From a virus (Duplodnaviria; Caudoviricetes): a stretch of 55,431 nucleotides of DNA. The DNA lies in IMG/VR virus record IMGVR_UViG_3300007523_000015, positions 1 to 55,431 of that record, one strand, 5' to 3'. The translations under genes and the position numbers were made by a program. Numbering within the stretch: the first letter of the stretch is position 1; each line of letters opens with the position of its first letter. Shown here one piece after another: positions 19,171 through 29,708 of this stretch. The notes beneath the pieces were generated by a model that worked only from the letters and a program-made list of their open reading frames with translations, ran no database searches and was not told the DNA's origin.

Positions 19171-19402
19171 CTAATAGATCCTCATCTTCGTCATCGAACT
19201 CTTCGATACCATCGGATAAATGACTTCTTGCTGCTGCCCGCATCTCCTTGTCTAGATCCTCATCTAAGAGACTATCTTCGATTAAGCTAAACTCGTCAAA
19301 CACCACTACAAGGATATCTGCTACTTCTAGTCGTTCCTTTGGAGCAATATGTGATTTAATTCTGCCCCACAATTCTAATAATAATTCATGATTTTCGTTC
19401 AT
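19154..19402 (-). CDS. Acidic hypothetical protein
   Basis: Likely start MNENH at 19402 with AAGGA SD. Confidence 0.5.
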   Translation of the reverse strand: MNENHELLLELWGRIKSHIAPKERLEVADILVVVFDEFSLIEDSLLDEDLDKEMRAAARSHLSDGIEEFDDEDEDLLDDDYR

Positions 19403-19403
19403 A

Positions 19404-20504
19404 TTATTCCTTTTCCTTTTCTTCTGCTTGTTTTCTCTCATCTTCGTCCGTGATAACTGCAATTAGATCGTCTTGTGTGAATTCATTCATTAGAATCTTC
19501 ATACTTTCTAGATCATTGTTCCAAGCCTTCTTAAACTGCTTAATCACTTTACCAGTTACTCCGGAAGTATAGACATAACTGTTACCTTCCTTAACCAGTT
19601 TCCCGGCTTTTTCGAAAAGATCGAACAGACCCGATGTGGGATTCATACCTGTTTCCCACGGAATATCAATCTTAATTGATTCGAACGGTTTCGAATATCG
19701 TGTCTTAACAACTTTACATGTTGCACGAATTCCTCGAATATCGGCACCGGTAGTTTTGTTTCCGTCTTCGTCTTCTTTAAGTTTATATTTCTTCATAGCA
19801 ATAATGATACTAGATGCAAACATGAATCCAGATCCGCCTGAAATCTTGTCATCTGGATCAAACATATCCTGGCTTGCATATGTGTGATTTGTAACAACCA
19901 TACCAATATTCAAGTCACCGAACATATTAACACAATTAGATACGAATGCCTTTAACTGTTTTGCTTTTCGACCCATGTCGCCTTTCATATCAGCTGCTTC
20001 GAACTGTTTAACTTCTGTAGGAGTTAATAACATGCCCAAAGAGTCAATAATGAATAAGATTTTTGGTCGATTTTCTTTTGCTAAGTCTAGATGATTTGCT
20101 TTGTAGTCGGTCACAAATGCGTGAACAATTCCTGCAACGTCATCAATCATTGATGCGCTAATACGTAACATCTTTTCTTCGCTTGTGTCTACACCTAAAT
20201 TGTGCAACCACTTTTCATCAAGTGCATTCTCTGTGTCAATCATAACAACAAAGATTCCCTGTTCCTGAGCATTCTTAGCAATGTTGCCAGAAACAATATA
20301 TGATTTGCCGGCTCCTGATTCGCCTGCAAATACTGTTACCTTACCCATCGGGACTCCGCGATCGAAGTCTCCGCTGATAAGGAAGTTTAAACCGTAGGAT
20401 CCTGTACTAACCCAAGTATCGGGGTCGTTGAATCCTGTAGAAATTCCTGTAATACTTTTAGTCACAGCTTTCCTAAATTTTGATATGTCAAACGGCTTAG
20501 CCAT
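19404..20504 (-). CDS. uvsX: UvsX RecA-like recombinase
   Basis: GESGAGKS, IDTENALD, IDSLG, SGGSG. Confidence 0.9.
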   Translation of the reverse strand: MAKPFDISKFRKAVTKSITGISTGFNDPDTWVSTGSYGLNFLISGDFDRGVPMGKVTVFAGESGAGKSYIVSGNIAKNAQEQGIFVVMIDTENALDEKWLHNLGVDTSEEKMLRISASMIDDVAGIVHAFVTDYKANHLDLAKENRPKILFIIDSLGMLLTPTEVKQFEAADMKGDMGRKAKQLKAFVSNCVNMFGDLNIGMVVTNHTYASQDMFDPDDKISGGSGFMFASSIIIAMKKYKLKEDEDGNKTTGADIRGIRATCKVVKTRYSKPFESIKIDIPWETGMNPTSGLFDLFEKAGKLVKEGNSYVYTSGVTGKVIKQFKKAWNNDLESMKILMNEFTQDDLIAVITDEDERKQAEEKEKE

Positions 20505-21156
20505 TATAATTTTCCTTTTTATAAATTATATTAATATGTTTCTTAAAATTTCCAGGATCATACATTTTGCCACAATGCAAACACGAGATGCGAGCCGAAG
20601 TAACACCTTTATTCCATGCTATTTTTCCAGAATGTAACTTGGATAAATTATCCTTAAATTCCTGTGTTCTGATCTTCCCCTTATTCTTGTGATTGTTTGT
20701 ATCCTGTTGTTTAAATTTTATTCCCTTCCTTCCGTTAGGGTGACCTTTGCGACTTTCACTATTCTTAAAGTTCTGTTCTGGTGTTCTCTTTATTCCCTTA
20801 TTTGCAGATCCCATTTTAATACGAGTTTGTATAGATGGATTCGAGTTGCCTTCCCCGCCATCTGTTAAATTAAGCAATGTGCCCAGCCCCGTATCTTTTC
20901 TTCCGAATTTTGCAATTAATTCCACTTCTATCAAAAATGAAAATTCTTCATCTAATCCAGAATATAAGCCTATAACAGGTTTAATATTGTTTCTCTTCAT
21001 GAATTGTAATCGTTGTATAAACGGATGCCTTTTACGGCGAGTCAAATGTTGCCAGGCTCGTGTCCCGTGCCCTTTTCCCACATAAATAGGCTCGTTATTA
21101 CGAGATGGGTCATAATAGATATAGGTGTAGAATTTATCAATCATATACAAAAGCAA
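20497..21156 (-). mobile_element. GIY-YIG-like homing endonuclease
   Basis: FYTYIY...PIYVGKG..R, LLNLTDGGEG, NUMOD3-like tail, CLHC. Confidence 0.8.
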
Positions 21157-21178
21157 AGGATTTTAGTCCTTTGCTTCA
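21148..21178 (-). terminator. Intrinsic terminator after ssb
   Basis: AAGCAAAGGA/TCCTTTGCTT hairpin followed by T run on the minus strand. Confidence 0.6.
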
Positions 21179-21191
21179 ATCGATTAGATAA

Positions 21192-22202
21192 TTATTGTTT
21201 CCTGTTCCTGAGCATTTGCAGAATCTCTTGTGGAGATTTGCCAGTTGTTGCTGGCGCCGTAGATGCTGCCGACTCGACAGCAGAGACTGCTTCTTCTAAG
21301 TCAGGATCTGCAACTGGTGCAACCTTTGTCGGTGTCGGTGTCGGCGCTGGGCGTAAAGTAGTTGGACGTTTTGTGTCCTCGTCCGCATCCTTTGATGACG
21401 AAGTGCCTGAATCGAAGCCGAATGGCTTGTAGAATGTAGCCCACTTTTCCGGATCATAAAGATCACCATCGAGAGATGCCTGGAACATTTCGTACATAAT
21501 GGCCAAGTCAGCCTGTGTAGGCTTCTTTGGGAGATATGATTTCAGGTCTACTAAACCATATTGGTCAATTGCTTCTTGCATGTCTTCTGTAATACTCGAT
21601 TCCTTTCTGGCCCACTTTGATGTTGCGTAGTCTGCATAGCCGCCCTTGCTTGTTTTATTAACAATGAAATCCAATCCATTTATAATATGAACCGGGCTAT
21701 GTTCCATTTCGGGATCCAACAAAGCTGCTTTCACAGTTGCGAAAAGCTGTGGGCCAATGACGAATTTACGAATCGGATTGTCCGGAGAGTCTTCATTCAT
21801 TGGATCCACTTTAACGAATCCTTGCATGTAATACGCTCTCTTAACCCAATATTTACGAGCTGTGTCCTCGAGCGACTTATCCTTCCACCATGGTCGTACT
21901 TCGTTAAGGATAGGGCATGTCTTTGCCCCATCGAACATCTCGATACACGGGACTTGTACTTCTACTCGTTTGCTTTCGTCCTGCCCCTTGATGCCTGCGA
22001 AGGGCAGTTTGATAATTTGACGCTCTGTCCAGAAGAATGTGTTGTCTTCGTTTGCGTCTGGTAAAAATCGCAATGTGCAGGAAGTTCCTTCTGCGATATT
22101 CCAGTGTGCGTATGTAGCTTTATCTCCACCAGTGAAGTTTCCACCCTTACGATTGTCTAGTGCTTGTAATTTTTTACGAATTTCTTCCAATGTTTTACTC
22201 AT
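21192..22202 (-). CDS. 32: Single-stranded DNA-binding protein (gp32-like)
   Basis: LRFLPD, CPI, YWVKR, DFIVNKTSKGGYADY.TSKW; start MSKTLEEIR at 22202. Confidence 0.85.
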   Translation of the reverse strand: MSKTLEEIRKKLQALDNRKGGNFTGGDKATYAHWNIAEGTSCTLRFLPDANEDNTFFWTERQIIKLPFAGIKGQDESKRVEVQVPCIEMFDGAKTCPILNEVRPWWKDKSLEDTARKYWVKRAYYMQGFVKVDPMNEDSPDNPIRKFVIGPQLFATVKAALLDPEMEHSPVHIINGLDFIVNKTSKGGYADYATSKWARKESSITEDMQEAIDQYGLVDLKSYLPKKPTQADLAIMYEMFQASLDGDLYDPEKWATFYKPFGFDSGTSSSKDADEDTKRPTTLRPAPTPTPTKVAPVADPDLEEAVSAVESAASTAPATTGKSPQEILQMLRNRKQ

Positions 22203-22362
22203 ACTATTTCCTTTTATAAATGTTATATTTTGCTTATGCTTTAACAATTAAGATACATTAATCTCGTTTGTTGTATTGAACGCTATCATCTGAGACTACG
22301 ATCTACTCGGGTCACGTTAAACCCTTTCGCACCTTACCTATTAAAGTTTTCGTCTGTAGCTA

Positions 22363-22391
22363 ATTATAACGAAAACTTGTGTGTTTGTCAA
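22363..22391 (-). promoter_or_regulatory. Consensus sigma70 promoter for ssb
   Basis: TTGACA-17 nt-TATAAT. Confidence 0.8.
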
Positions 22392-22402
22392 GAACTCCTT
22401 AA

Positions 22403-23887
22403 TTAAAAGAAGTTCATTGTAAATTTATCAAAGAATACCGATAGGTAAGCGGATTCTTTTATTTCTGATGTCTTATCTATCTCTTTGGCAAACTTCACAT
22501 TCTCTAATACCTGTGTAAGTACAGCCTTTTCAAAATCGTTAACCTGGCCTTCTTTGCAAAGCTTCGAACCGATCTTGTTAATAAATCCAGCGAGTTCATC
22601 ATTTTCTGTAATTCTTAGTGCAAATTCGCTTAACTTAAAACCTAATCGAGCATTGTCACTTGCAAACTCGAATATCGGAGTAGTATTTATCGACTCCCGA
22701 CGTAATGTGATAGAATTTCCGGCTGCTTCCTCGATACGCTTATGGAAAGTATTCTTCTCTTGGATAAGTTGTTTAACAATCGGCAATACTTCTTCGAACT
22801 TCTCATCAAATCTTCGGATGGTGAAAAGATCCTTCAATCCAGACACATCATCTTCTTCAAGTGCCTCGCGTTCAAATGTTTCAATACGTGCTCTTACTGT
22901 TTCGTACGTCTTCGATCCCGTCAATTTCTTAAGTTCAGTGCGGAGTGTTTCGATATTTTCTTTAACTGTATCAACAATCCCGGAACTATCTTCGTTTACA
23001 AGTTTATTAGTTGTTACATAGCGGTTGAACGACTGGAGCTTCAGTAAATCATTTGTGCTCTCTGAAATATATATGCCGACCTTATCACCCATTGCTCCGC
23101 CATGAGCCAGGTGTTGTGCCATTGCTCTGGCACCGGGCAGGTAAGTGTTTGGGAAACGGAATCGTTCACCATTACATTCAAGGAAAATTGCACTAATGTG
23201 ACGAGATCGTGATCCACGGACGTTCTCGTCTACAGGAGTCTTATGCTTAACCAGAATCCTAACATTTTCCAATGTTTGTTGCGATGTTTTTAGTGAGCCA
23301 AACATCTTGCTAAAACTTTCTGTGATTGCTTCTTCCATAGATTTCCCATATACAGGCTGATTGCCCGAGTGCTGAATAATATCAACTTTGTTATCTTGCA
23401 AAAGTGCGTTTAATGCTATCTGAACCTCGTTCAGGTCTGCGCCTGGGATATTGTCTGCCAATGCCTGGGCCGTCATCCCTGCTGCATAATCTAATTCGTG
23501 ATAGACTTTAGATAGCATTAAACTATTTGTCTTGTACCCTTCCATCATATTACTGTCCTTTTGCATCTTTGCTTGATAAGCATAATCTCTCGGCTGAATT
23601 GCTTTTCCGAAAACTTTAATATCTGAATTCATCAAAAATTCATCTGCAAGCTTTCTTACATTTTTTTGTACGGCTGTTACGTCACCTGCTGAGGACCCTT
23701 TATTAAATTCGACTCGGTTTCCCTCTTCGTCGATAGTAACCATTATGTTAGGGGAAGCTACGAAGAAACGTCGACCAGTTGTTGGATCTGTTGTTTCGGT
23801 TCCTTCATTGTCGAAGATTTTGATTTTAAATCCATTGCCCTTAAGTAATGAAAAAATCTTCCCAGCTAATGTATCTAGTTCTACCAT
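22403..23887 (-). CDS. Conserved hypothetical phage protein, possibly virion
   Basis: 494-aa ORF downstream of the terminase. Confidence 0.5.
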   Translation of the reverse strand: MVELDTLAGKIFSLLKGNGFKIKIFDNEGTETTDPTTGRRFFVASPNIMVTIDEEGNRVEFNKGSSAGDVTAVQKNVRKLADEFLMNSDIKVFGKAIQPRDYAYQAKMQKDSNMMEGYKTNSLMLSKVYHELDYAAGMTAQALADNIPGADLNEVQIALNALLQDNKVDIIQHSGNQPVYGKSMEEAITESFSKMFGSLKTSQQTLENVRILVKHKTPVDENVRGSRSRHISAIFLECNGERFRFPNTYLPGARAMAQHLAHGGAMGDKVGIYISESTNDLLKLQSFNRYVTTNKLVNEDSSGIVDTVKENIETLRTELKKLTGSKTYETVRARIETFEREALEEDDVSGLKDLFTIRRFDEKFEEVLPIVKQLIQEKNTFHKRIEEAAGNSITLRRESINTTPIFEFASDNARLGFKLSEFALRITENDELAGFINKIGSKLCKEGQVNDFEKAVLTQVLENVKFAKEIDKTSEIKESAYLSVFFDKFTMNFF

Positions 23888-24553
23888 TTAAACCTTTATG
23901 TTTCTTTTATTTAGTTCTTGTCTTAGTGCAAGTAACTTATTGTCTGTCCTGGAAATAGCATTCCTTATCTCACCTGCTTGTTTCTTGTCTATTTGTCCTA
24001 AGACATCGTTTATTATGTTCTCGATCTCGGAATATTGTTTTCCAACATTCGGGTCTTTTACAGCCTTCGTATTTTGTCTAGGTTCATCTTCGTCGTCTTC
24101 GCCCGACTTGCTTTCTAATTCGTCTATTTTATTTTCATAATTATTAAGTGCAGTAACTGATGCGTTAACTGCTGATAATAATCTTGTATTCTTTGTAGTC
24201 TTTGCTATTCTTTGCAAAATATCTAACAGTATATTTTGTACATTCGAAAATTTAGAATCATTAGTTCCTAAGAATCCCTGTAGTTCTGATCTTACCTGCG
24301 GTGATAGCGACTTTGCAAAGTTATACAATGCAGATTTTAGATTGCTAAAATAGACATCCTGATACCACGTACTTTTTTGGCTACCAGATACTAGTTTAAA
24401 TCCGTCTAAATTACCCTTATTATTAAACATCTTTTCTGCCATAATAGACAGTTTATGATAAAGCTGAGGTAACTCCGTTGTCAATACATCTACAATGTTC
24501 TTTTGTGATGCCTCAGGCGATACATCTTCTCGAATTATTTCATTTATTCTCAT
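23888..24553 (-). CDS. Hypothetical protein with MRINEII N-terminal tag
   Basis: GATAAATA at 24559-24566 directly upstream. Confidence 0.5.
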   Translation of the reverse strand: MRINEIIREDVSPEASQKNIVDVLTTELPQLYHKLSIMAEKMFNNKGNLDGFKLVSGSQKSTWYQDVYFSNLKSALYNFAKSLSPQVRSELQGFLGTNDSKFSNVQNILLDILQRIAKTTKNTRLLSAVNASVTALNNYENKIDELESKSGEDDEDEPRQNTKAVKDPNVGKQYSEIENIINDVLGQIDKKQAGEIRNAISRTDNKLLALRQELNKRNIKV

Positions 24554-24568
24554 ATCTGTATTTATCTA

Positions 24569-26143
24569 TTAAATGCAGATTGGCATCGGAGAATCATATG
24601 ACGTTTCATCTGACATCGATATATTTGTGTTAATGGCAGCTTGCGATTTATCGTCCCATGTCGATATATAGTCAGTCATCCTAATTGCAAGAATCATAGC
24701 CATAATTAGGTCATCTGTTTGGCCGATTCGAGCTTCGAAAGTGTTACCACGAGAAACAAATACTTTTAACTCTGATAATATTCCTCTAGAATTTAATTTC
24801 ATCTTCAGCGATTCAATTAAGAATTTCATTTTTGCACAACATTCTAATTTAGACTTATTTGTAGTAACAAACCCTGCTCGGCGGCCTGTTTTTCCTTGTA
24901 ACCTATTTTTTGGATCATGCAGCATGGTGCCTGGGAAATTCTCTTCCCCAGTATCTCTGATAACTACTAATGCAGCTTCGCCCAATGTATTGCTCTCTAC
25001 TGACCAATAGATTTCCGGCCGGCCGGCAGCGGCAATTTCCTCAAGTATGTCTTTCATAGTCTTAACTTGTTGCTCCACCGGCGCTCTGTTGTCGCTCCAT
25101 TCGGCTACCTGAACTAATGACGGCAATTCTAATACCTGGATCGCTGCATTGTCACCGCCTGTTCCCATTGATGGGTCAAGTGCAACAACATATGTCATAT
25201 CTTGTCTTATATTAGCATACCATCGAACTTGCCCAGATTTTTTAATAGGCTGGGTAGAAGTAAGCTGCGATAACTTTACAGGATTAATTAGTGTTTCTTC
25301 GAATGTAATGAACTGGCACCGGTGTTCGCGCAAGAATCTATCTTCACCGAGGGACGCTAATTGTTCGTCGGCCCATGCTTCGTCACGATCCGGATGGGCT
25401 TCCCACGTCGCCATATATGGCTTGAATCCATTTGTCCCTGTAACCGTTTCATTGCCACGGTTGTCCACTAACTTATTGGCGCCAAACCAAATGTCAGCAA
25501 ATTGGTCTTCATCTGTGTTAGGGGTAGACGTAATGATGCACTTGCCGCCAGTTGACAAAGTAGGTGCAAGTGATGTCCAGAATTCCTTAGCAATGTTTGC
25601 ATCCACGAATGCAAACTCGTCAAGGTAGACAAGTGATAACGACATTCCGCGTCCGGTAGTTTCTGTAGTTGTAGTTGCTGTTATCTTAGACCCATTATCG
25701 AATGCAATTGAACGCTTATTGTATGTTGTGACACCTGCTCGAATGTGATCCGGGACAGATTCGTACGCAAAGCGGACTCGGTCCATGATATCCTGGGCGC
25801 TATCATATTTGTACGATGTCACTAATATTTGTGCATCGTCGGTAAACATTGCATACCATAACAAGTACCCGGCTGCAACTGCGGTTTTCCCCATTTGACG
25901 AGAAACCATGTTTATGGATTTCTTAAAATGCGTATATGATTCAATTAAATCAAGCTGAAACTCATACGGAGTAAATTTCTGTCTCCCCTTTGTAGAGTGT
26001 TGAACATACATAAAATTAGATATGAAATATAACGGTCCCGTGTCGGGATCCATACATGCCTTCAATTCATCTATTTGTTCTTTAGTATAAGAAACCTTTT
26101 TATAGGCTCGCTTAACAAGAGTATCATCTTGATAAATGGCCAT
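24569..26143 (-). CDS. 17: Terminase large subunit (gp17-like)
   Basis: SRQMGKT, YLDEFAFV, ITSTPN, nuclease LDPSMG and DDLIMA. Confidence 0.92.
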   Translation of the reverse strand: MAIYQDDTLVKRAYKKVSYTKEQIDELKACMDPDTGPLYFISNFMYVQHSTKGRQKFTPYEFQLDLIESYTHFKKSINMVSRQMGKTAVAAGYLLWYAMFTDDAQILVTSYKYDSAQDIMDRVRFAYESVPDHIRAGVTTYNKRSIAFDNGSKITATTTTETTGRGMSLSLVYLDEFAFVDANIAKEFWTSLAPTLSTGGKCIITSTPNTDEDQFADIWFGANKLVDNRGNETVTGTNGFKPYMATWEAHPDRDEAWADEQLASLGEDRFLREHRCQFITFEETLINPVKLSQLTSTQPIKKSGQVRWYANIRQDMTYVVALDPSMGTGGDNAAIQVLELPSLVQVAEWSDNRAPVEQQVKTMKDILEEIAAAGRPEIYWSVESNTLGEAALVVIRDTGEENFPGTMLHDPKNRLQGKTGRRAGFVTTNKSKLECCAKMKFLIESLKMKLNSRGILSELKVFVSRGNTFEARIGQTDDLIMAMILAIRMTDYISTWDDKSQAAINTNISMSDETSYDSPMPICI

Positions 26144-27465
26144 TATTTCTTAGTAACTTTCGATTCCTTCAAGAAGTTCCTGTATGCATATACAAGTTCT
26201 TTATGGGTCTCAGTAACTTCCATTTTCTTCTGTTCTGGATTATCGCCGTGACGGGCACCAGATGGTCCAACAGATTTAACTACCGGGCCGTCTGCACCGT
26301 TAGGGAAATAGTCGGCGCCATCGGCGTATTTTTCTTCGCCGTATCCATTTTGCAGGTCTTCACTTACATTTCTGCCTGGAACGTGTGACCTTTCATAATC
26401 GGTCTCGTCCTCGTCCTCGTCCTCGTCCTCGTACCCTTCGTCATCCAGGCCGTCAGTTCTTTCACCTGCTTCTTGATCTCGATTGTACATATCTGCGCGG
26501 TGGCCTGCTGGTGTGTCGGCGCCCATCATACCATTTTCGCCTTGACGCATACTATAATCTGTATAATCTGCAGAATCTAATTTATCACGAAATTCTTCAT
26601 ATGATATTTCCCCTGCTGATAGCATTGCTGTTAATTCTTCGACATATCGAGTATCGATTTCCTCATTTACAATGCGTCCAGTGCCAGGAACTGCGGTAAT
26701 TCCTTCCATTAGATTAATCAATTTTCTCATATCGTTCATATCATTTATGCCTTCCATATCGCAGGCCGTGGCTCCCTCATTTACTCTGGCCATTTTAGTT
26801 GCTGCCGTTGCGACACCTTTGGTGCGCTTTGTTAGGTGTCTTTGCAGGAAATCTTCCTCATCGGCCCAATCTGCTTCCTTGTCTGGCATTTCTTTTCTGA
26901 AATCTCTTGCATTCTGAATGCTGACATTTGTGTGCCGCATATCATCTGCTGCACCTTTCATATAGCCACTAATTGTCTCGGGTGACATTTCTTCCAAGCC
27001 TGGATGTAATTGATCGAATTCTATATCATCCAGATCATCTTCTCTGACATCATCATCGCCCCAGCCCTCGGCCGGCATAAACACTCCGTCATCTTCTATT
27101 CCGAATTCAATTGTATGAATATTCGGGTCAAACCACCGTTTGGTCTTCATATAGCGTTTTATATCAGGGTATTCATCTTTTGTGTATGGGCCAGACATTA
27201 TTTTATAATCGTCACCGTCCACAACATAGTAAGAAGGGACAGTATCGTTGTCGTCGCCTAACTCTATGCCTTCCTCAGTGGGCTGATCCTGAGATGCATC
27301 AAATTCACCATAGGCCTCATCTCGGCCGACAGTTCCAGAAGTTTGCATATCTGATTCAGTGCCCCTGCCTGCCGATGGGCCGATGCCAGGAATAGCACTA
27401 ACCCCTTCGGTTAGTTGCTTACTAGCTGGTAGTCCAGCAAGTTGTCTCATTCGTTGTAAATTCAT
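26143..27465 (-). CDS. Highly acidic putative prohead core/scaffold protein
   Basis: MRQLAGL start, duplicated EG(V/I)xA(I/V)PG, many xxE putative protease sites, D/E-rich. Confidence 0.45.
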   Translation of the reverse strand: MNLQRMRQLAGLPASKQLTEGVSAIPGIGPSAGRGTESDMQTSGTVGRDEAYGEFDASQDQPTEEGIELGDDNDTVPSYYVVDGDDYKIMSGPYTKDEYPDIKRYMKTKRWFDPNIHTIEFGIEDDGVFMPAEGWGDDDVREDDLDDIEFDQLHPGLEEMSPETISGYMKGAADDMRHTNVSIQNARDFRKEMPDKEADWADEEDFLQRHLTKRTKGVATAATKMARVNEGATACDMEGINDMNDMRKLINLMEGITAVPGTGRIVNEEIDTRYVEELTAMLSAGEISYEEFRDKLDSADYTDYSMRQGENGMMGADTPAGHRADMYNRDQEAGERTDGLDDEGYEDEDEDEDETDYERSHVPGRNVSEDLQNGYGEEKYADGADYFPNGADGPVVKSVGPSGARHGDNPEQKKMEVTETHKELVYAYRNFLKESKVTKK

Positions 27466-28133
27466 AGCACACCTACCTTTAACAAATTAGTTTTCTTAAC
27501 ACGACCGAACAACCCAACATCGTCTTTCTTCAAATTCTTTGGATCATTAAATCCGTCATAACCTTTAGGCAATGTCGAATGATCGATAGTCTCAGCCGGG
27601 CTTAGTGGATTCTCTACGGTTGTTACTTGCTGTTCTTTGCGAACTTTTTCTAATTCTTTCAAGAATGAAATGTTATAAGTTGCAGGAACAGTTTCTAAAT
27701 CAGACTCTGTTTCTTCGTGATCACTGCCTAAACGAGTTTTGTATTTTGCTTTGTATTCTGCTGAAGTTCTGTCAACATACAAGTCTGTTTCGATCTGTCT
27801 TGGATCATTTCCAGAATATACTGCTAAACATGCAGGGGATATTCCCAACGAATTACAAATGTATATTCTTAGAAAATCTATAGAACCGGGATATTTCATT
27901 GTCATATCGCAGATATATACTGCTGTATTCTTAATATTCGGGAAATCTAATGGGCTTTCTTGGATTGGTGTTTTTCTGAAGGCTGATGCATTCGTTAGAT
28001 CATATTTGGCAAGACATGCTTCCAAACTGTCTACCATGCTGTCAGTCATCTCATTTACAGCGAATTTCAGAACATAACTATATTCTGTTTTAAATTCAGC
28101 TACATAATTGGAAAATGATTTCTTATCTGTCAT
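27462..28133 (-). CDS. Conserved phage protein, probably head-associated
   Basis: TPIQESPLDFP; late motif at 28157-28164. Confidence 0.45.
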   Translation of the reverse strand: MTDKKSFSNYVAEFKTEYSYVLKFAVNEMTDSMVDSLEACLAKYDLTNASAFRKTPIQESPLDFPNIKNTAVYICDMTMKYPGSIDFLRIYICNSLGISPACLAVYSGNDPRQIETDLYVDRTSAEYKAKYKTRLGSDHEETESDLETVPATYNISFLKELEKVRKEQQVTTVENPLSPAETIDHSTLPKGYDGFNDPKNLKKDDVGLFGRVKKTNLLKVGVL

Positions 28134-28155
28134 AACTTCGACTCCAGTGTTATGA

Positions 28156-28662
28156 CTATTTATCAGAGTTTTCGGTTTTACTCGACACTATGTGACGCAA
28201 TAACTCGTTTCTGTCAAATTCAGTACCTTGCTGACCTTTTGCAGGGCCACTGCCATTTTCGAAATCAATTTGCTCTGATCGAATCCGTCTTAGTTGCAAT
28301 TCGATCATTTTTAATTTTCTATCAGCTTTGGCATTTTTAGCCTCTAATGCTGTCTTCAGCATTTGGCCGGCAACTTCGTAAATTTTCCCAGCATGTATGT
28401 CAGGCACATTACCACCTAACGCAATTAGGTCGTTGAATGTGTCAACTGCTTTTTTCGCAATAGAGTCCATTTCGCCGTCATGGGCATCTAAACCTATCAC
28501 AGTTGGCAACGAATAGTCAACTTTTTCCGCAGTAGTTAATGCATTATAAATTTCCTTTGCATCCACCATTAACTGCTCTCTTGTCATAACCGGCTTATCT
28601 TCTTCTGGTTCAGATGATTCCGCAGGCGGAATATTAAAAAAATCTTCCATTTTGCGAGTCAA
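28156..28662 (-). CDS. Helical conserved protein, candidate terminase small subunit
   Basis: Size, coiled-coil character, upstream of terL; assignment inferred. Confidence 0.35.
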   Translation of the reverse strand: MTRKMEDFFNIPPAESSEPEEDKPVMTREQLMVDAKEIYNALTTAEKVDYSLPTVIGLDAHDGEMDSIAKKAVDTFNDLIALGGNVPDIHAGKIYEVAGQMLKTALEAKNAKADRKLKMIELQLRRIRSEQIDFENGSGPAKGQQGTEFDRNELLRHIVSSKTENSDK

Positions 28663-29330
28663 AGTATACCCTCCTTCTTTTTATTTTGTGCTGTGCGACG
28701 GGCGGCGGACCAAGGCCTATTTTTCCGTGCCTTTCCCATTTCGATAAGATGTGTGTTATTTCTTTTCGACGCTGCAATTGATTTATTCCTGCATTCTTCT
28801 TTAGAATCTTTCTTCCCTGTGCTCGATGCACTTATTTTATCTGCTCGGGCCTGTGTGTATACGACAGGATTACAACAAGATTTTGCCATACGTTCGGACA
28901 TCTCATTCTTAGAGAGTTTAGCCAAGGTGGCCGACATGCCCGCACTAATCTTTTTCTTTGATTCTGCAGAGTGAGATATTAAATATGCAGGATGACCTGT
29001 TTGTGCTTCAATAAACATTGACTTACCGATTTCATACATTCTGGATGTAGGTTTATATCGTCGTAAATTACTGTTACACATTCTCCAAAATGCATATTTC
29101 ATCTTCTTTCTGAATTCGTCTACGACAGATTTTGTTAGAAGTAAATGGCAAATATAATGCTCTTTAGCCGTTAGTGAGACTATATTCTTTTTAGCATTCG
29201 ATCCACCCATCGATTTAGGAATAATATGGTGATTTTCGGAATATCCCAAAGAGATGCGATTTCTGGCGCCATCGATTATATTAAAATACCACACTGAATA
29301 TTTGTTATTCAGGAAGATTTTTTTAGTCAC
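28659..29330 (-). mobile_element. HNH homing endonuclease
   Basis: ENHHIIPKSMGG...LTAKEHYICH. Confidence 0.85.
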
Positions 29331-29572
29331 TTCCTTATTCTCCTATGGTGAGACACAAGTTTGGAAAATGAATCTAATATATCATCGAATTCCGAATCTT
29401 CTATCATATATTTCTCCAGCATCAAAGATGAAATTGTTAATAACCTCTCAAATTCATCATCTGATAGCAAGACATAATTTTCAATAATAGAAGATACTGC
29501 ATTTACAAAATCGAGCCGTTCTTGTTCGAGATACCTAGTCGTTATATTAATGATTACTTCGGATAGTCTCAT
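29327..29572 (-). CDS. Hypothetical protein (MRLSEVII start)
   Basis: ATG 29572 with GGAG SD. Confidence 0.45.
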   Translation of the reverse strand: MRLSEVIINITTRYLEQERLDFVNAVSSIIENYVLLSDDEFERLLTISSLMLEKYMIEDSEFDDILDSFSKLVSHHRRIRK

Positions 29573-29708
29573 GTCTCTCCATTGCACCTTTTAATATCTT
29601 GTTCATTTCCCTAAGGGAATCTAACTGACCTTGTATTTTTTCTTCATTGGTTAATTCGGCCTGTTCATCTATTTGTTTTTGTTCTTTATCGACCTTTTTA
29701 TCTTTCAT
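29547..29708 (-). CDS. Small charged hypothetical protein (53 aa)
   Basis: Hand translation MKDKKVDKEQKQIDEQAELTNEEK...; fills the gap with an ATGA overlap. Confidence 0.4.
   Translation of the reverse strand: MKDKKVDKEQKQIDEQAELTNEEKIQGQLDSLREMNKILKGAMERHETIRSNH

Noticed and set aside
24569-26143. Intein or intron in the terminase
   Set aside because: Continuous ORF of normal length with no Hint motifs
26407-26432. (TCGTCC)n microsatellite
   Set aside because: Encodes a Glu-Asp tract in an acidic protein; in-frame low complexity only
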